DNA of 53,978 nucleotides from an uncultured Algimonas sp. (GTDB lineage Bacteria > Pseudomonadota > Alphaproteobacteria > Caulobacterales > Maricaulaceae), in the NCBI GenBank assembly GCA_964552135.1, contig CAZKHC010000001.1:1-53978 (forward strand), written 5' to 3'. The notes under the pieces are model-generated. The model did no database searches, had not been told where the DNA came from, and saw nothing but the letters and a program-made list of their open reading frames with translations. Below, in pieces: positions 37,715 to 46,990 of the stretch (position 1 is the stretch's first letter; every line of letters starts with the position of its first letter). A program made the translations under genes and the position numbers.

Positions 37715-38266
37715 TTAGTAGCGAAGAAGGAGGGCGTTTGGCGTTGCTTTGACTTCTTGGAGCTGCCCGAGCCATGTCATGCCGAGGAGCGACGTTTCTA
37801 GACCTTCTTTCACCACGAGGGCTTCGACATTGCGGATAATAATTCCGCCTAATGCAAGTTGATCTAACTTTACGCGCGCGGCGTAATTTCGTCCGCCAGC
37901 GGTACTGATTGGGACATCATAGCGGAGTTGCGACACCTTGACGCCGGCTTTCCGAGCGTCAGCTTCCGTTAGGGCAACAGCTCCGGCGCCTGTATCGACA
38001 AGGAAGTCGACATAACCGGAATTGACGCGGCCTTTATAATGATACTGTCCGCTGCGAGGGTCTTTTGGAATAGAGACAACAGAAGCGGATCTAGCTGCGG
38101 TAGGCTTAGGGCGTTGTTTTTGCGAAACAGCCTGTGCGGTTTCCGCTTGCGATTGCGCGAGGGTCGCAGATTCTGCGCTTTTTTTGTTTTTATAATCTAA
38201 GTAAGCCACACCTCCGAGCGCGATACCCGCGATAAGAACAGCATTTGTAAGAAGTTTCGCCAACAT
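37715..38266 (-). CDS. TIGR02281 clan AA (retropepsin-like) aspartic protease
   Basis: FLVDTGA and SLLGMTWL, with an N-terminal TM helix. Real start MLAKLL at 38266. Confidence 0.88.
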   Translation of the reverse strand: MLAKLLTNAVLIAGIALGGVAYLDYKNKKSAESATLAQSQAETAQAVSQKQRPKPTAARSASVVSIPKDPRSGQYHYKGRVNSGYVDFLVDTGAGAVALTEADARKAGVKVSQLRYDVPISTAGGRNYAARVKLDQLALGGIIIRNVEALVVKEGLETSLLGMTWLGQLQEVKATPNALLLRY

Positions 38267-38375
38267 AATTGCCTCATACAGGGCAGAAATTGAAAAGAAT
38301 TTAAGTTCGTTACGTTTTAAGCAAAGAGTTGAAAGTAGGGTTAACGAATTGATTCGTCCCTTATGAGGCTTTGGC

Positions 38376-39356
38376 ATGACAGACACGGATTTAGTGGGAA
38401 AGCCATTTGACGATATTCGGGCGCTGATTGACTCCATGCCGCGATTGGAGCCCGTCGGCGAAACCGATGTGTTGCAAGACGCTGTGTCTCTGGGCAGGGG
38501 CTTGCGTCCGATTGGTCGTTTGGAAGGGCCTTTGTCGCAAATTTCTGCATGGCAAGCCGCGTCGCCGCCGCGATTAGCACGGCCCTTGATTGCAGTCTTT
38601 GCGGGAACACATGGGGTCGCGGCCCATCTTGGATATGACGATATTATTGAATCGTCGAAAGTACGGGTTGAAAGTTTAACGAAAGGGCAGGCTGCCGTTC
38701 GTGGGATTGCAGGGGAACTCGGCTCCGCTTTCAAAGTTTACGAATTTGGTCTGGAGCATCCAAGTGCAGATTTTACGGTTGAGGCCAGCCTAAATGAACG
38801 CGATTGCGCCGCGGCGATTGCTTTTGGAATGGAGGTCGTTGCGGAAGGCGCGGATATTATTGTGCTTGGCGCAGCAGGATTAGGAGCCGCGACGGCTGCG
38901 GCGGCGATGAATATCGCGCTTTATGGCGGCGCGGCGAATTACTGGGCGGGCGGAGACGGCGCGGAGGCGCGTATCAAGGCTGTTGAGACGGGGGTGTCTA
39001 GTCATAGCGGGAAAACTTCAGATCCATTAGACATATTAAGAATTTTTGGCGGCCGCGAGATTGCAGGATTAATCGGTGCGATTTTGGCGGCGCGCCATCA
39101 ACGCATTCCGATACTTTTAGATGGATATGTCAGCTGTTCTGCTGCGGCGATTTTACATGCTATTGACCCGTCAGCGACCGATCATTGCATTGCCTCCCAT
39201 TTATCCGCGGAACCCGCGCATGATGCGTTACTATCGCGATTGGGATTGAACCCTGTTCTCGATCTTCACGTGAATATCGGAGATGGAACAGGGGGCGCCT
39301 TAGCGCTTTCAATTCTCAAAGCTGCGAGTGCGGGTCTGAATAGTTTGAGAGGGTGA
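38376..39356 (+). CDS. cobT: Nicotinate-nucleotide--dimethylbenzimidazole phosphoribosyltransferase-like protein (divergent)
   Basis: Motifs GRLE, FAGTHGV, GGREIAG, LLDGYV, HLSAEPAH and GDGTGG. Confidence 0.8.
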   Translation: MTDTDLVGKPFDDIRALIDSMPRLEPVGETDVLQDAVSLGRGLRPIGRLEGPLSQISAWQAASPPRLARPLIAVFAGTHGVAAHLGYDDIIESSKVRVESLTKGQAAVRGIAGELGSAFKVYEFGLEHPSADFTVEASLNERDCAAAIAFGMEVVAEGADIIVLGAAGLGAATAAAAMNIALYGGAANYWAGGDGAEARIKAVETGVSSHSGKTSDPLDILRIFGGREIAGLIGAILAARHQRIPILLDGYVSCSAAAILHAIDPSATDHCIASHLSAEPAHDALLSRLGLNPVLDLHVNIGDGTGGALALSILKAASAGLNSLRG

Positions 39357-39357
39357 G

Positions 39358-40392
39358 ATGTTTGAACATCCCGATTTCGACGAACATGAAGGTGTTCATT
39401 ATTTTAGTGACCACAAAAGCGGCTTGCAGGCCATAATCGCCGTCCACAATACAAACAGGGGACCAGGAGCGGGCGGTACACGTCTTTGGTCTTATGCGGA
39501 TCCGCAAGACGCTGTGACCGATGCGTTGCGGCTTTCCAAGGCTATGAGCTATAAAAATGCGATGGCAGGATTAGCCTTGGGCGGCGGAAAAGGCGTTATA
39601 ATTCGGCCAGAAACACAGTTTGACAGAACAGGGTTATTCGAAGCTTATGGCCGCGCTGTTCAGACTATTGGCGGGACCTATATCACGGCAGAAGACGTTG
39701 GTGTGTCGCCCAGCGATATGCGCATTATAAAAACGCAAACCGATTTTGTTGCGGGGTTAGATGAGGGCCCGGCCGCCTCGGGTGACCCGTCTCCGGTTAC
39801 AGCGGAAGGCGTGTTTCGGAGTATTAAGGTGGCCGTACACCACGCGATGGGATTAGATTCTCTGACTGGATTGCGGGTTGCCGTGCAGGGTTTGGGCCAT
39901 GTTGGATATGGATTATGTGAGCATTTACACGGTGCGGGAGTGACATTGATCGTCGCTGATATTAATGTGGCCGTCTTGGAGCGTGCGAAAAATGAGCTCG
40001 GCGCCCTTATTGTTGAACCAGACGCCATCCATGCGGTGGCGGCAGACGTGTTTGCGCCTTGCGCATTGGGCGGCGCTATCTCTGAAACCAGCTTACCTGA
40101 TATTCGTGCATCAATCATTGTGGGGGCGGCAAATAATCAACTTGCGACGCCGGACATGGGTGAGGCATGCCGACAACGCGGAATTTTATACGCCCCCGAT
40201 TACGTTGTGAATGCGGGCGGAATTATTAATGTCGCGGCGGAAGTGAGCGGGCATTATGACCCCGAATGGGTCAAGTCTAAACTCGTCGACCTCGAGGAGA
40301 CGTTAAGATCGGTTTTTAAGCGCTCGGCGGAACAAGGGTTATCAACACATCTGGTTGCCGATGAGATGGCACGTGCCCGATTGAAAGATTAG
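39358..40392 (+). CDS. Leu/Phe/Val dehydrogenase
   Basis: Motifs GGTR, MSYKNA, GGGKG, TAEDVG, QGLGHVG, GAANNQL and PDYVVNAGG. Confidence 0.93.
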   Translation: MFEHPDFDEHEGVHYFSDHKSGLQAIIAVHNTNRGPGAGGTRLWSYADPQDAVTDALRLSKAMSYKNAMAGLALGGGKGVIIRPETQFDRTGLFEAYGRAVQTIGGTYITAEDVGVSPSDMRIIKTQTDFVAGLDEGPAASGDPSPVTAEGVFRSIKVAVHHAMGLDSLTGLRVAVQGLGHVGYGLCEHLHGAGVTLIVADINVAVLERAKNELGALIVEPDAIHAVAADVFAPCALGGAISETSLPDIRASIIVGAANNQLATPDMGEACRQRGILYAPDYVVNAGGIINVAAEVSGHYDPEWVKSKLVDLEETLRSVFKRSAEQGLSTHLVADEMARARLKD

Positions 40393-40659
40393 CCAAAATC
40401 AATCCTTTTGACTGTTTTCAACCTTTGCATGTAAAGCTGGTTTTTGGAGCGTTATGCCAGGCTTTACTGACTGTGTTAAAATTACAACATAACTGTCACA
40501 TTCCGTAACAGCCCGTGAAACGCCTTGCTGATTCAATGTGTTAAGGGGTCTAAGGGAAATTGCGTAGCGTTAGGACCGTCTTTACATATAGGCTTAATAG
40601 CGTATTTACCCCTAGTTCTGAGAAAGCCGTGAAATCGGTCGAGTATAAGAGTAAGCTAA

Positions 40660-42441
40660 ATGCCCCACGCCCACATCGATAATGATGCACTCCCTTTACC
40701 TACGCAGCGAGGAATTCCCTTGCGCCATGGCGATTTCGATACCCTATGCGACGCATTAGACTATGCCGCGACGGGTGAGACGGGATTAAATTATTTTGAT
40801 GGCCGCGCCCGGCTAAAAACAACGCTGTCTTATATGGACTTACAGGCGAAAGCCGTCGAGTTAGCCAAGCGTTTGGTGCCATTTGCAGAAAAGAACGCTC
40901 GCATTGGGATAGCGGCTGTGTCGACGCCCGAATTTGCTGTAATGTTTTTTGCTTGCCAATATGCAGGCTTGGTGGCCGCGCCAGTTCCATTGCCTGTGAC
41001 ATTGGGCGGCCGATCATCCTATGAACGTCAGCTCCAACGGATGGCTGATACTGGCGATTTCCACGCTTTATTCTGTCCAGAGTCTATGGAACCTATCATG
41101 CGCTCGGCGTTAAACGACCAAGCCATTCCTGTGATGACGTTCGAAAGCGCAGAGGAGCTTCCGAAAGGAGATGCTCTACGTCCATTTGGAAAAGATGATT
41201 TTTGTTATATTCAATATTCATCAGGTTCGTCGTCTTCGCCTAAGGGCATTATCGGCACACAGGCTTCTGTTTCCGCAAATTGTCACGGGATCACAAAACA
41301 TGGCCTAAGGGTCAGTGAAACCGACCGCGCTACTAGCTGGCTACCTTTGTATCACGATATGGGACTTATTGGTTTTATGTTGGCGCCGATGTTTTCTCAA
41401 TTGACCGTTGATTACATTGATCCGCAAGATTTCACACGTCGTCCGATATCATGGTTGCAGCTGATTTCCGACCACAAGGGTACACTTTCGTATTCTCCGA
41501 CCTTTGGCTATGAACTCTGTGTCAGGCGTTGGCGCAAAGATCGGGAGCTGGATTTGTCGAGCTGGCGCGCTGCTGGAATTGGCGGCGATATGGTCCGTCC
41601 GGAACCCTTGACCGACTTTGAAAATGTTTTTGCGGAGATGGGATTCTCAAGGGGCGCTTTCACGCCGTCTTATGGTTTGGCCGAAACGACACTCGCGGCG
41701 ACATTTGCCCCGCTAGGCCAAGGTCTTTTGAAACATACAATCGATATGGCCCGATATACGCGGACCTCTGAAGCCATTGAAGCGTCAGACGTAACCCGCG
41801 AGGAAGATCGCCGAACTTTCGTGGCTTGCGGAAAAGTTTTGCCAGGTCATGAAATAGAAATTCGGGATTTTGACGATAATATCTTGCAGGAAAAAATGGT
41901 CGGACGGGTGTGTTTGCGTGGGCCGTCTGTTTCGCCGGGTTATTTTCGGAATTCCCAAGCGACAGAAGCCTCCTTCTCGAAAGATGGCTGGCTGGATACA
42001 GGAGATGCTGGTTATTGGCTTGAAGATCAGCTCGTTGTGACGGGGCGGTATAAAGACCTCATCCTTTGGCATGGCCGCAATATTTGGCCGCAAGATATTG
42101 AATGGGCGGCCCAAGCCGCCGCGCCGCATCGTTGTGGCCGCGCCTGTGCTTTCGCAATTGGCGGGGCAGGCGATGAAAAAACTATCATGCTCTTGCTCGA
42201 ATGTCGGACAAGAGACGAAAAGCTCCTCGAGGAAATTTTCACGGCTGTAACAGCTGCCATTCGCCTCGAAGTCGGCGTGCCCGTCCATTTGGTGCTCGTT
42301 CCAAAATCAACGATGATAATCACGAGCTCAGGTAAGCTTTCGCGAGCACGGGTGAAAGCTAAGTATCTTGAGGGCGGCGTCATTGACCTTCAAGCCGAAG
42401 AGAAACTGACAGTTGTAAGTGAGTCTGGCGAAGCTGGCTGA
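40660..42441 (+). CDS. Fatty acyl-AMP ligase / acyl-ACP synthetase for sphingolipid synthesis (AasR-like)
   Basis: Motifs QYSSGSSSSPKG, SWLPLYHDMGLIG, YGLAE, WLDTGD and TSSGK; upstream of ACP and spt. Confidence 0.88.
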   Translation: MPHAHIDNDALPLPTQRGIPLRHGDFDTLCDALDYAATGETGLNYFDGRARLKTTLSYMDLQAKAVELAKRLVPFAEKNARIGIAAVSTPEFAVMFFACQYAGLVAAPVPLPVTLGGRSSYERQLQRMADTGDFHALFCPESMEPIMRSALNDQAIPVMTFESAEELPKGDALRPFGKDDFCYIQYSSGSSSSPKGIIGTQASVSANCHGITKHGLRVSETDRATSWLPLYHDMGLIGFMLAPMFSQLTVDYIDPQDFTRRPISWLQLISDHKGTLSYSPTFGYELCVRRWRKDRELDLSSWRAAGIGGDMVRPEPLTDFENVFAEMGFSRGAFTPSYGLAETTLAATFAPLGQGLLKHTIDMARYTRTSEAIEASDVTREEDRRTFVACGKVLPGHEIEIRDFDDNILQEKMVGRVCLRGPSVSPGYFRNSQATEASFSKDGWLDTGDAGYWLEDQLVVTGRYKDLILWHGRNIWPQDIEWAAQAAAPHRCGRACAFAIGGAGDEKTIMLLLECRTRDEKLLEEIFTAVTAAIRLEVGVPVHLVLVPKSTMIITSSGKLSRARVKAKYLEGGVIDLQAEEKLTVVSESGEAG

Positions 42442-42506
42442 GCCGGATAGCTGGACGCGCGGGTGTCTGTTTGGTATCGGCTGCCAAACCAAACAGAGAC
42501 TTGTCA

Positions 42507-42755
42507 ATGACTGCACCAACTGATTCAGAAATTTACGATAAAATATGCGAGCTTCTGAAGCCATATAACCCCAAAAACCATCCGATTGAGCGCTCTTCGG
42601 GAATTATGTCAGATTTGGAAGTTGATTCCGTTGCTGTCTTTGATTTTATTATGGAACTTGAGGATCATTACGACATTTCTATTCCTATGGAGATGGTCTC
42701 GGATATAAAAACAGTCGGAGAGCTGGTTTTGGCCGTAAAAGGCCTCACAACTTAA
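42507..42755 (+). CDS. Acyl carrier protein (AcpR-like)
   Basis: DLEVDSVAVFDFIMELED phosphopantetheine site. Confidence 0.88.
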   Translation: MTAPTDSEIYDKICELLKPYNPKNHPIERSSGIMSDLEVDSVAVFDFIMELEDHYDISIPMEMVSDIKTVGELVLAVKGLTT

Positions 42756-42775
42756 TCCGCGAAAAAAGGACTGCC

Positions 42776-44008
42776 ATGACAGGATTGTTCGATAAATACG
42801 CCCCGATTCAAGCGCGTGTGGATATGATGATGAAAATCGGCGCGGATGCGCTCGGCGTTGAATTCGATGATATCATATCTTCCACGCGCGGTCGGATTGG
42901 CAATCGCGAAATTCTCCTCGCTGGAACCAATAATTATCTTGGCCTGACATTCGACGAAGAGTGCCGCGCGGCCGGAAAAAAAGCGATTGATGACCACGGG
43001 ACGGGGACAACGGGTTCTCGGATCGCGAATGGAACTTATTCCGAACATGTCGACCTTGAAAAAGCCCTCGCCGAACATTTTGGGATGCCGTCCTGCATTG
43101 TCTTTACCACTGGGTATCAGACAAATTTATCAGCGATTTCAGGATTGGCCGGCGATAAAGACGTTATCTTTATGGATGCAGATGCCCATGCTTGTATCAT
43201 TGACGGGTCGCGCCTGACCAATGCGTCTACAATCCGTTTCCGTCATAATAATCCAGAAGATTTGGATAAGCGCTTGCGCCGGCAAGGCCAGATTGAGGGC
43301 GGAAATGCGCTTGTTGTCATTGAGGGGCTTTATTCAATGTTCGGCGATGTTGCGCCCGTTGATGAATTTATTGATGTAACCCATCGCCACGGCGGCTATC
43401 TCTTTATTGATGAGGCTCATAGTTACGGCGTATTCGGCCCAACGGGCTGCGGCATTGCGGAAGAACAGGGCGTACTCGACAAAGTTGATTTTATCTCCGG
43501 TACTTTCTCAAAGTCCTTGGCCTCAGTGGGCGGATTCTGCGCGTCGAAACATCCAGAATTTGAAATCACGCGCAAAGTTATGCGTCCCTATATGTTTACA
43601 GCCTCGGCAACGCCCGCCAATATTTGCGCAGCGCGTGTTGCGGTCGAAAAAATCAAATCTGGCGGGTATTTACGCGATAACCTTAAGGCCCGTGCAGAGC
43701 AGTTACATGCGGGACTAAAGGCGCTTGATTTTGAACTTTGTGCAGAGCCAAGCCCGATTATTGCCGTGCGCCGCGCCAATGAAGGCATTGCCGCAATGGA
43801 ATGGAATTGGTTGATGCAAAATGGCGTTTACGTAAATCTCGCTGTTCCGCCTGGAACGCCCCAAAGCTCAAGCCTGCTCCGTATCTCGCTTTCCGCAGCC
43901 CATACCGAAGAAGACGTAAAAACCATCATCGAAACCTTTGCGAAAATGAAAGCCAGCCAAGCCGAAATCATGGCGGGCATGATGGGGAAACTGCAAGCGG
44001 CTGAGTAG
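42776..44008 (+). CDS. spt: Serine palmitoyltransferase
   Basis: AOS family motifs GTNNYLGL, GTTGSRIANG, DEAHS and GTFSKSL; sphingolipid locus context. Confidence 0.88.
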   Translation: MTGLFDKYAPIQARVDMMMKIGADALGVEFDDIISSTRGRIGNREILLAGTNNYLGLTFDEECRAAGKKAIDDHGTGTTGSRIANGTYSEHVDLEKALAEHFGMPSCIVFTTGYQTNLSAISGLAGDKDVIFMDADAHACIIDGSRLTNASTIRFRHNNPEDLDKRLRRQGQIEGGNALVVIEGLYSMFGDVAPVDEFIDVTHRHGGYLFIDEAHSYGVFGPTGCGIAEEQGVLDKVDFISGTFSKSLASVGGFCASKHPEFEITRKVMRPYMFTASATPANICAARVAVEKIKSGGYLRDNLKARAEQLHAGLKALDFELCAEPSPIIAVRRANEGIAAMEWNWLMQNGVYVNLAVPPGTPQSSSLLRISLSAAHTEEDVKTIIETFAKMKASQAEIMAGMMGKLQAAE

Positions 44009-44130
44009 GATTATTCGTCTAGGTGGTTCCATTTTAGTTCCCAGCGAGTCCTGAGATTGTCGTAAAAGGTTCCAAATTCCTTCCCTTCTTAAATGCGTTC
44101 GTTATATTTTACCCTGCATTGGGGAATGAC

Positions 44131-45066
44131 GTGAACAAAATTATCAACATTCAAGATCAGCTAAGCTTAGATTTCAAAAATCTTTGGGAACTGAAAAACC
44201 CGAAATTTCATCAAGCCCCAGACGGCACAAATGAAGCTTTGCCCCAATATAAGCTTCGCCGTAGCGGCTCTGTGATTAGCTTTATAACAAACTATCTGAC
44301 GCCTTCGCGGCTCTTCGGGGTTCGCAAGTTCTTCGCCTGGCTGCTTTGGTTGTTTATTGTGATTTTGATCTTTGCCACTGTATATGCCTATCAGACGGGT
44401 TCCGGGGAAATGGGACAACTCTATTTCACCCTGTTTTTCATAGGCCTGTATTTTCTCTTTTTTATTAAAGCGGGGAAATCGCGCCTTGGCCGCTGGAGCA
44501 AAATTTATACAAAAGCCGTCAAAACTGATCTGGGCACACATACTAATCCAGCAATCATTTTTGATGGCACGGATGTGCTTCTAGCCAATGAACGCATCTT
44601 CGATCTGTTGGGAGACCGTCCCATCGCTGCTTTTGTTGATGATTATCAGGGTCAGCTTAAGTATAAAGAAAAACTACAAGCCGACTCCAAAAAGGCGACG
44701 GACAAAGAAAAGACCCGTTTTAAAAAGGAAAAAGAAGATAAAGAGTTCAAAGAGGCTCTTGCGGTCGTCGGGCCTTTGGTCGGCAGCGGTTTAAAAAATC
44801 TAGTTCGCGAGGGCGGAGCCTCTACCCGCGCGGCCAGAGCAGCCAGAGGCTTGCCGCCACGCCCATCCAATGAAACTGCCCCGTCCACACCAAATTATGT
44901 AAAAATCGAAGGCTATACTGGGAGCTATTGGGAGACTTGCGCCTCAGGACTGGATAATAATGCGAATTATATCGCGACGCGATTGCAGCAAATCCGAAAA
45001 TCAAATCCCCGATATACCAAATTGCGCGCTGTAGATGGTAAGGGCCGTATCGTTGATGTGGCTTAG
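44131..45066 (+). CDS. Hypothetical membrane protein (2 TM helices)
   Basis: Long ORF with two hydrophobic helices, a charged helical linker and a small C-terminal domain. GTG 44131 or TTG 44119 start. Confidence 0.65.
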   Translation: MNKIINIQDQLSLDFKNLWELKNPKFHQAPDGTNEALPQYKLRRSGSVISFITNYLTPSRLFGVRKFFAWLLWLFIVILIFATVYAYQTGSGEMGQLYFTLFFIGLYFLFFIKAGKSRLGRWSKIYTKAVKTDLGTHTNPAIIFDGTDVLLANERIFDLLGDRPIAAFVDDYQGQLKYKEKLQADSKKATDKEKTRFKKEKEDKEFKEALAVVGPLVGSGLKNLVREGGASTRAARAARGLPPRPSNETAPSTPNYVKIEGYTGSYWETCASGLDNNANYIATRLQQIRKSNPRYTKLRAVDGKGRIVDVA

Positions 45067-45162
45067 ACTGCGACGTTGCAGTCATTCGGAATAGCTTTAG
45101 CCTATTATCATTCGAGATCTTCGTAATTTTGCTTTTGAAGAAAAATTTACCTTAGAGTCATC

Positions 45163-46077
45163 TTACCGAAACGCGCCCTGACGCCAAATTTTCCAAAACA
45201 AAACCGGGGAGTGCAGGACTGGATGTTTACGCTGAGCGGCGGTTGGATTGAGTTTTACGCCTGAGTGATTTTCGACCTTTCGCGCAATATAATCTATTCC
45301 GCCGTCAAATGTTGCTGCGCCAAGTAGGACCCGAATGGCCGCGGCGGGTTTGCCCAGTAAGCGGCGAAAGAACCAGCGGCGTTTCGTTCCGGACAATCCT
45401 TTGGTTGGGAGGCTATAAATTCCGTCCGCGTTCGGCGCTCCGTAAAGACCTGTGGTGATTGCGTCATATCTTTCCGCAAAGCGCGCTACGATCTCTTCGC
45501 TTCGCCCCGTTGAGCTTTCGGGCCGCAGTTCCGTTCGGTAGCTTTCAAAAAACCCTCGTCCCCAGAGTTCTGAGGCGGTGGCAGATCCGCCTAAGAGCGA
45601 AACAGTCTGCCCAGCCATCGTTTCAACAGCGACAACGCGCGCAGCCCAAACACGGTCGAGAACCGCTTCGTTCTTTGACCACAGCACCACACAAGGTTGA
45701 GAGAAACGTCCCCAAACTTGGCTAAGGAAAGTGCTGGAGCCGCAGCGTTTTTCAAATTCTGACAGACTTAGAATGCTATATTTACAGGTCGAAAGGGTTC
45801 CGTCTTGTCCTTCATGTTCGACGTAATAAACGGCCGGAGGAATAAAACGGTTCAGGACCGCACGCGGCCCTTTTCCATGTGTCTTGCGATAGCTGTCCAC
45901 GAGGACATAAAAATCGAGCATTTTTTCGGGATTATCGAGCTCCCGCAAAGAGCTTCCATAATAGACCATGGCTTGTACGCGACCTGAGTGGCGTGCACGT
46001 ATAATATCCATGACCTCCGTGACCCGTGTCGGCGGATCAAGCGTTTCGCCTTTTATGATGTCGAGCACGGTCTTCAT
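45163..46077 (-). CDS. Tam41-like nucleotidyltransferase, CpgC-like
   Basis: YYGSSLR..LDFYVLVDSY nucleotidyltransferase motif, WGRFSQP and YRTELRPE; context beside spt and the kinase. Confidence 0.68.
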   Translation of the reverse strand: MKTVLDIIKGETLDPPTRVTEVMDIIRARHSGRVQAMVYYGSSLRELDNPEKMLDFYVLVDSYRKTHGKGPRAVLNRFIPPAVYYVEHEGQDGTLSTCKYSILSLSEFEKRCGSSTFLSQVWGRFSQPCVVLWSKNEAVLDRVWAARVVAVETMAGQTVSLLGGSATASELWGRGFFESYRTELRPESSTGRSEEIVARFAERYDAITTGLYGAPNADGIYSLPTKGLSGTKRRWFFRRLLGKPAAAIRVLLGAATFDGGIDYIARKVENHSGVKLNPTAAQRKHPVLHSPVLFWKIWRQGAFR

Positions 46078-46078
46078 A

Positions 46079-46987
46079 TCAGCTTAAAAATGTCACGGGA
46101 CGGGTCGGCCGCACAGTAAACTTTCCTGACGGAATTGAAAGAAACTCTCCGTCCAAGACTATGTCGCCGTTATATTCATAGGATAGGCTGTCTACGCGGC
46201 GAGAGTGGAGACCATCGGCGCTACGGTCTTTTGTTTTTGATCCAGCCCATACGGCCAAAATATTGCGCCCAAGTGCGCGGTATGTCTCGTCCGCCCAGGT
46301 AACGCGCAGCGGCCCGTCGCCCGTTCCCCAAAAGGGATCAAGCCCCATCATAAGGCTGGGAAGAGTGGTGACAATCGTTCCAAGATGCGATCCCGAATAT
46401 ATGCCTTCTATCTCCACATGTGTCGTCTGCATCAGGCTCGCGTCATCGCCGCGTATGCCCTTTAAAATGCCTCCCACGACGGCTGCGGAGCCGCCTATGC
46501 CTTTACGGTGGAGCTGGCTTGTCGTGTAACGCGTGATTTGCGGGATTGCGCCTGTTGAAAACAAAAAGCCAGAATATTGCGCGCCCTCAAAATCTAGAAT
46601 GTTCAAAAGAGGGATTTTGGCCACGCTGAGCTTAGCGCTTAACGCTGATTTTATAGCCGCTGTTGATTTGGCTTTGAGTCCGATGTTTTTAGCAACCTGA
46701 TTTGTCATGCCGCCCGGCACAATTGAGAACGCCGGGAATGGGTTAAACAGCTCAGCCTGTTTCAGGAAGGCTGATATCACACCCTGAACTGTACCGTCGC
46801 CGCCTTCGATAAGGACATGCTCTACTTTATTTTTTGCGGCCTGTGTGATCGCCTCGGGCAGCGCATCAAAGGGGTCCAAAATGAAAGACCCTATACCGAG
46901 CTCTTCCGCGAGAGGCAGAAGGCGCGAGCCCCGTTTTGCGACCCGCTCGGAGAGGAGATTGACGATGAAGAGGCGTTTCACGCGCAA
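46079..46987 (-). CDS. Diacylglycerol/sphingosine kinase family protein, ceramide kinase CpgB-like
   Basis: Motifs GGDGTVQ, VPGGMTN and LDGE. Confidence 0.82.
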   Translation of the reverse strand: MRVKRLFIVNLLSERVAKRGSRLLPLAEELGIGSFILDPFDALPEAITQAAKNKVEHVLIEGGDGTVQGVISAFLKQAELFNPFPAFSIVPGGMTNQVAKNIGLKAKSTAAIKSALSAKLSVAKIPLLNILDFEGAQYSGFLFSTGAIPQITRYTTSQLHRKGIGGSAAVVGGILKGIRGDDASLMQTTHVEIEGIYSGSHLGTIVTTLPSLMMGLDPFWGTGDGPLRVTWADETYRALGRNILAVWAGSKTKDRSADGLHSRRVDSLSYEYNGDIVLDGEFLSIPSGKFTVRPTRPVTFLS

Positions 46988-46990
46988 GCC

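Noticed and set aside
38267-38734. Long N-terminal extension of the aspartic protease ORF (339 aa)
   Set aside because: It is antisense to cobT with no protein-like features. The TM-anchored start at 38266 fits the family.
40408-40421. TTGAC-TGTT-TTCAA, a 9/10 Crp/Fnr-like box outside the catabolic cluster
   Set aside because: It lies just after a stop codon and about 240 nt from the next start, so it was not counted in the regulon. It is a caveat that such matches can arise by chance or belong to a global FNR/FixK regulon.
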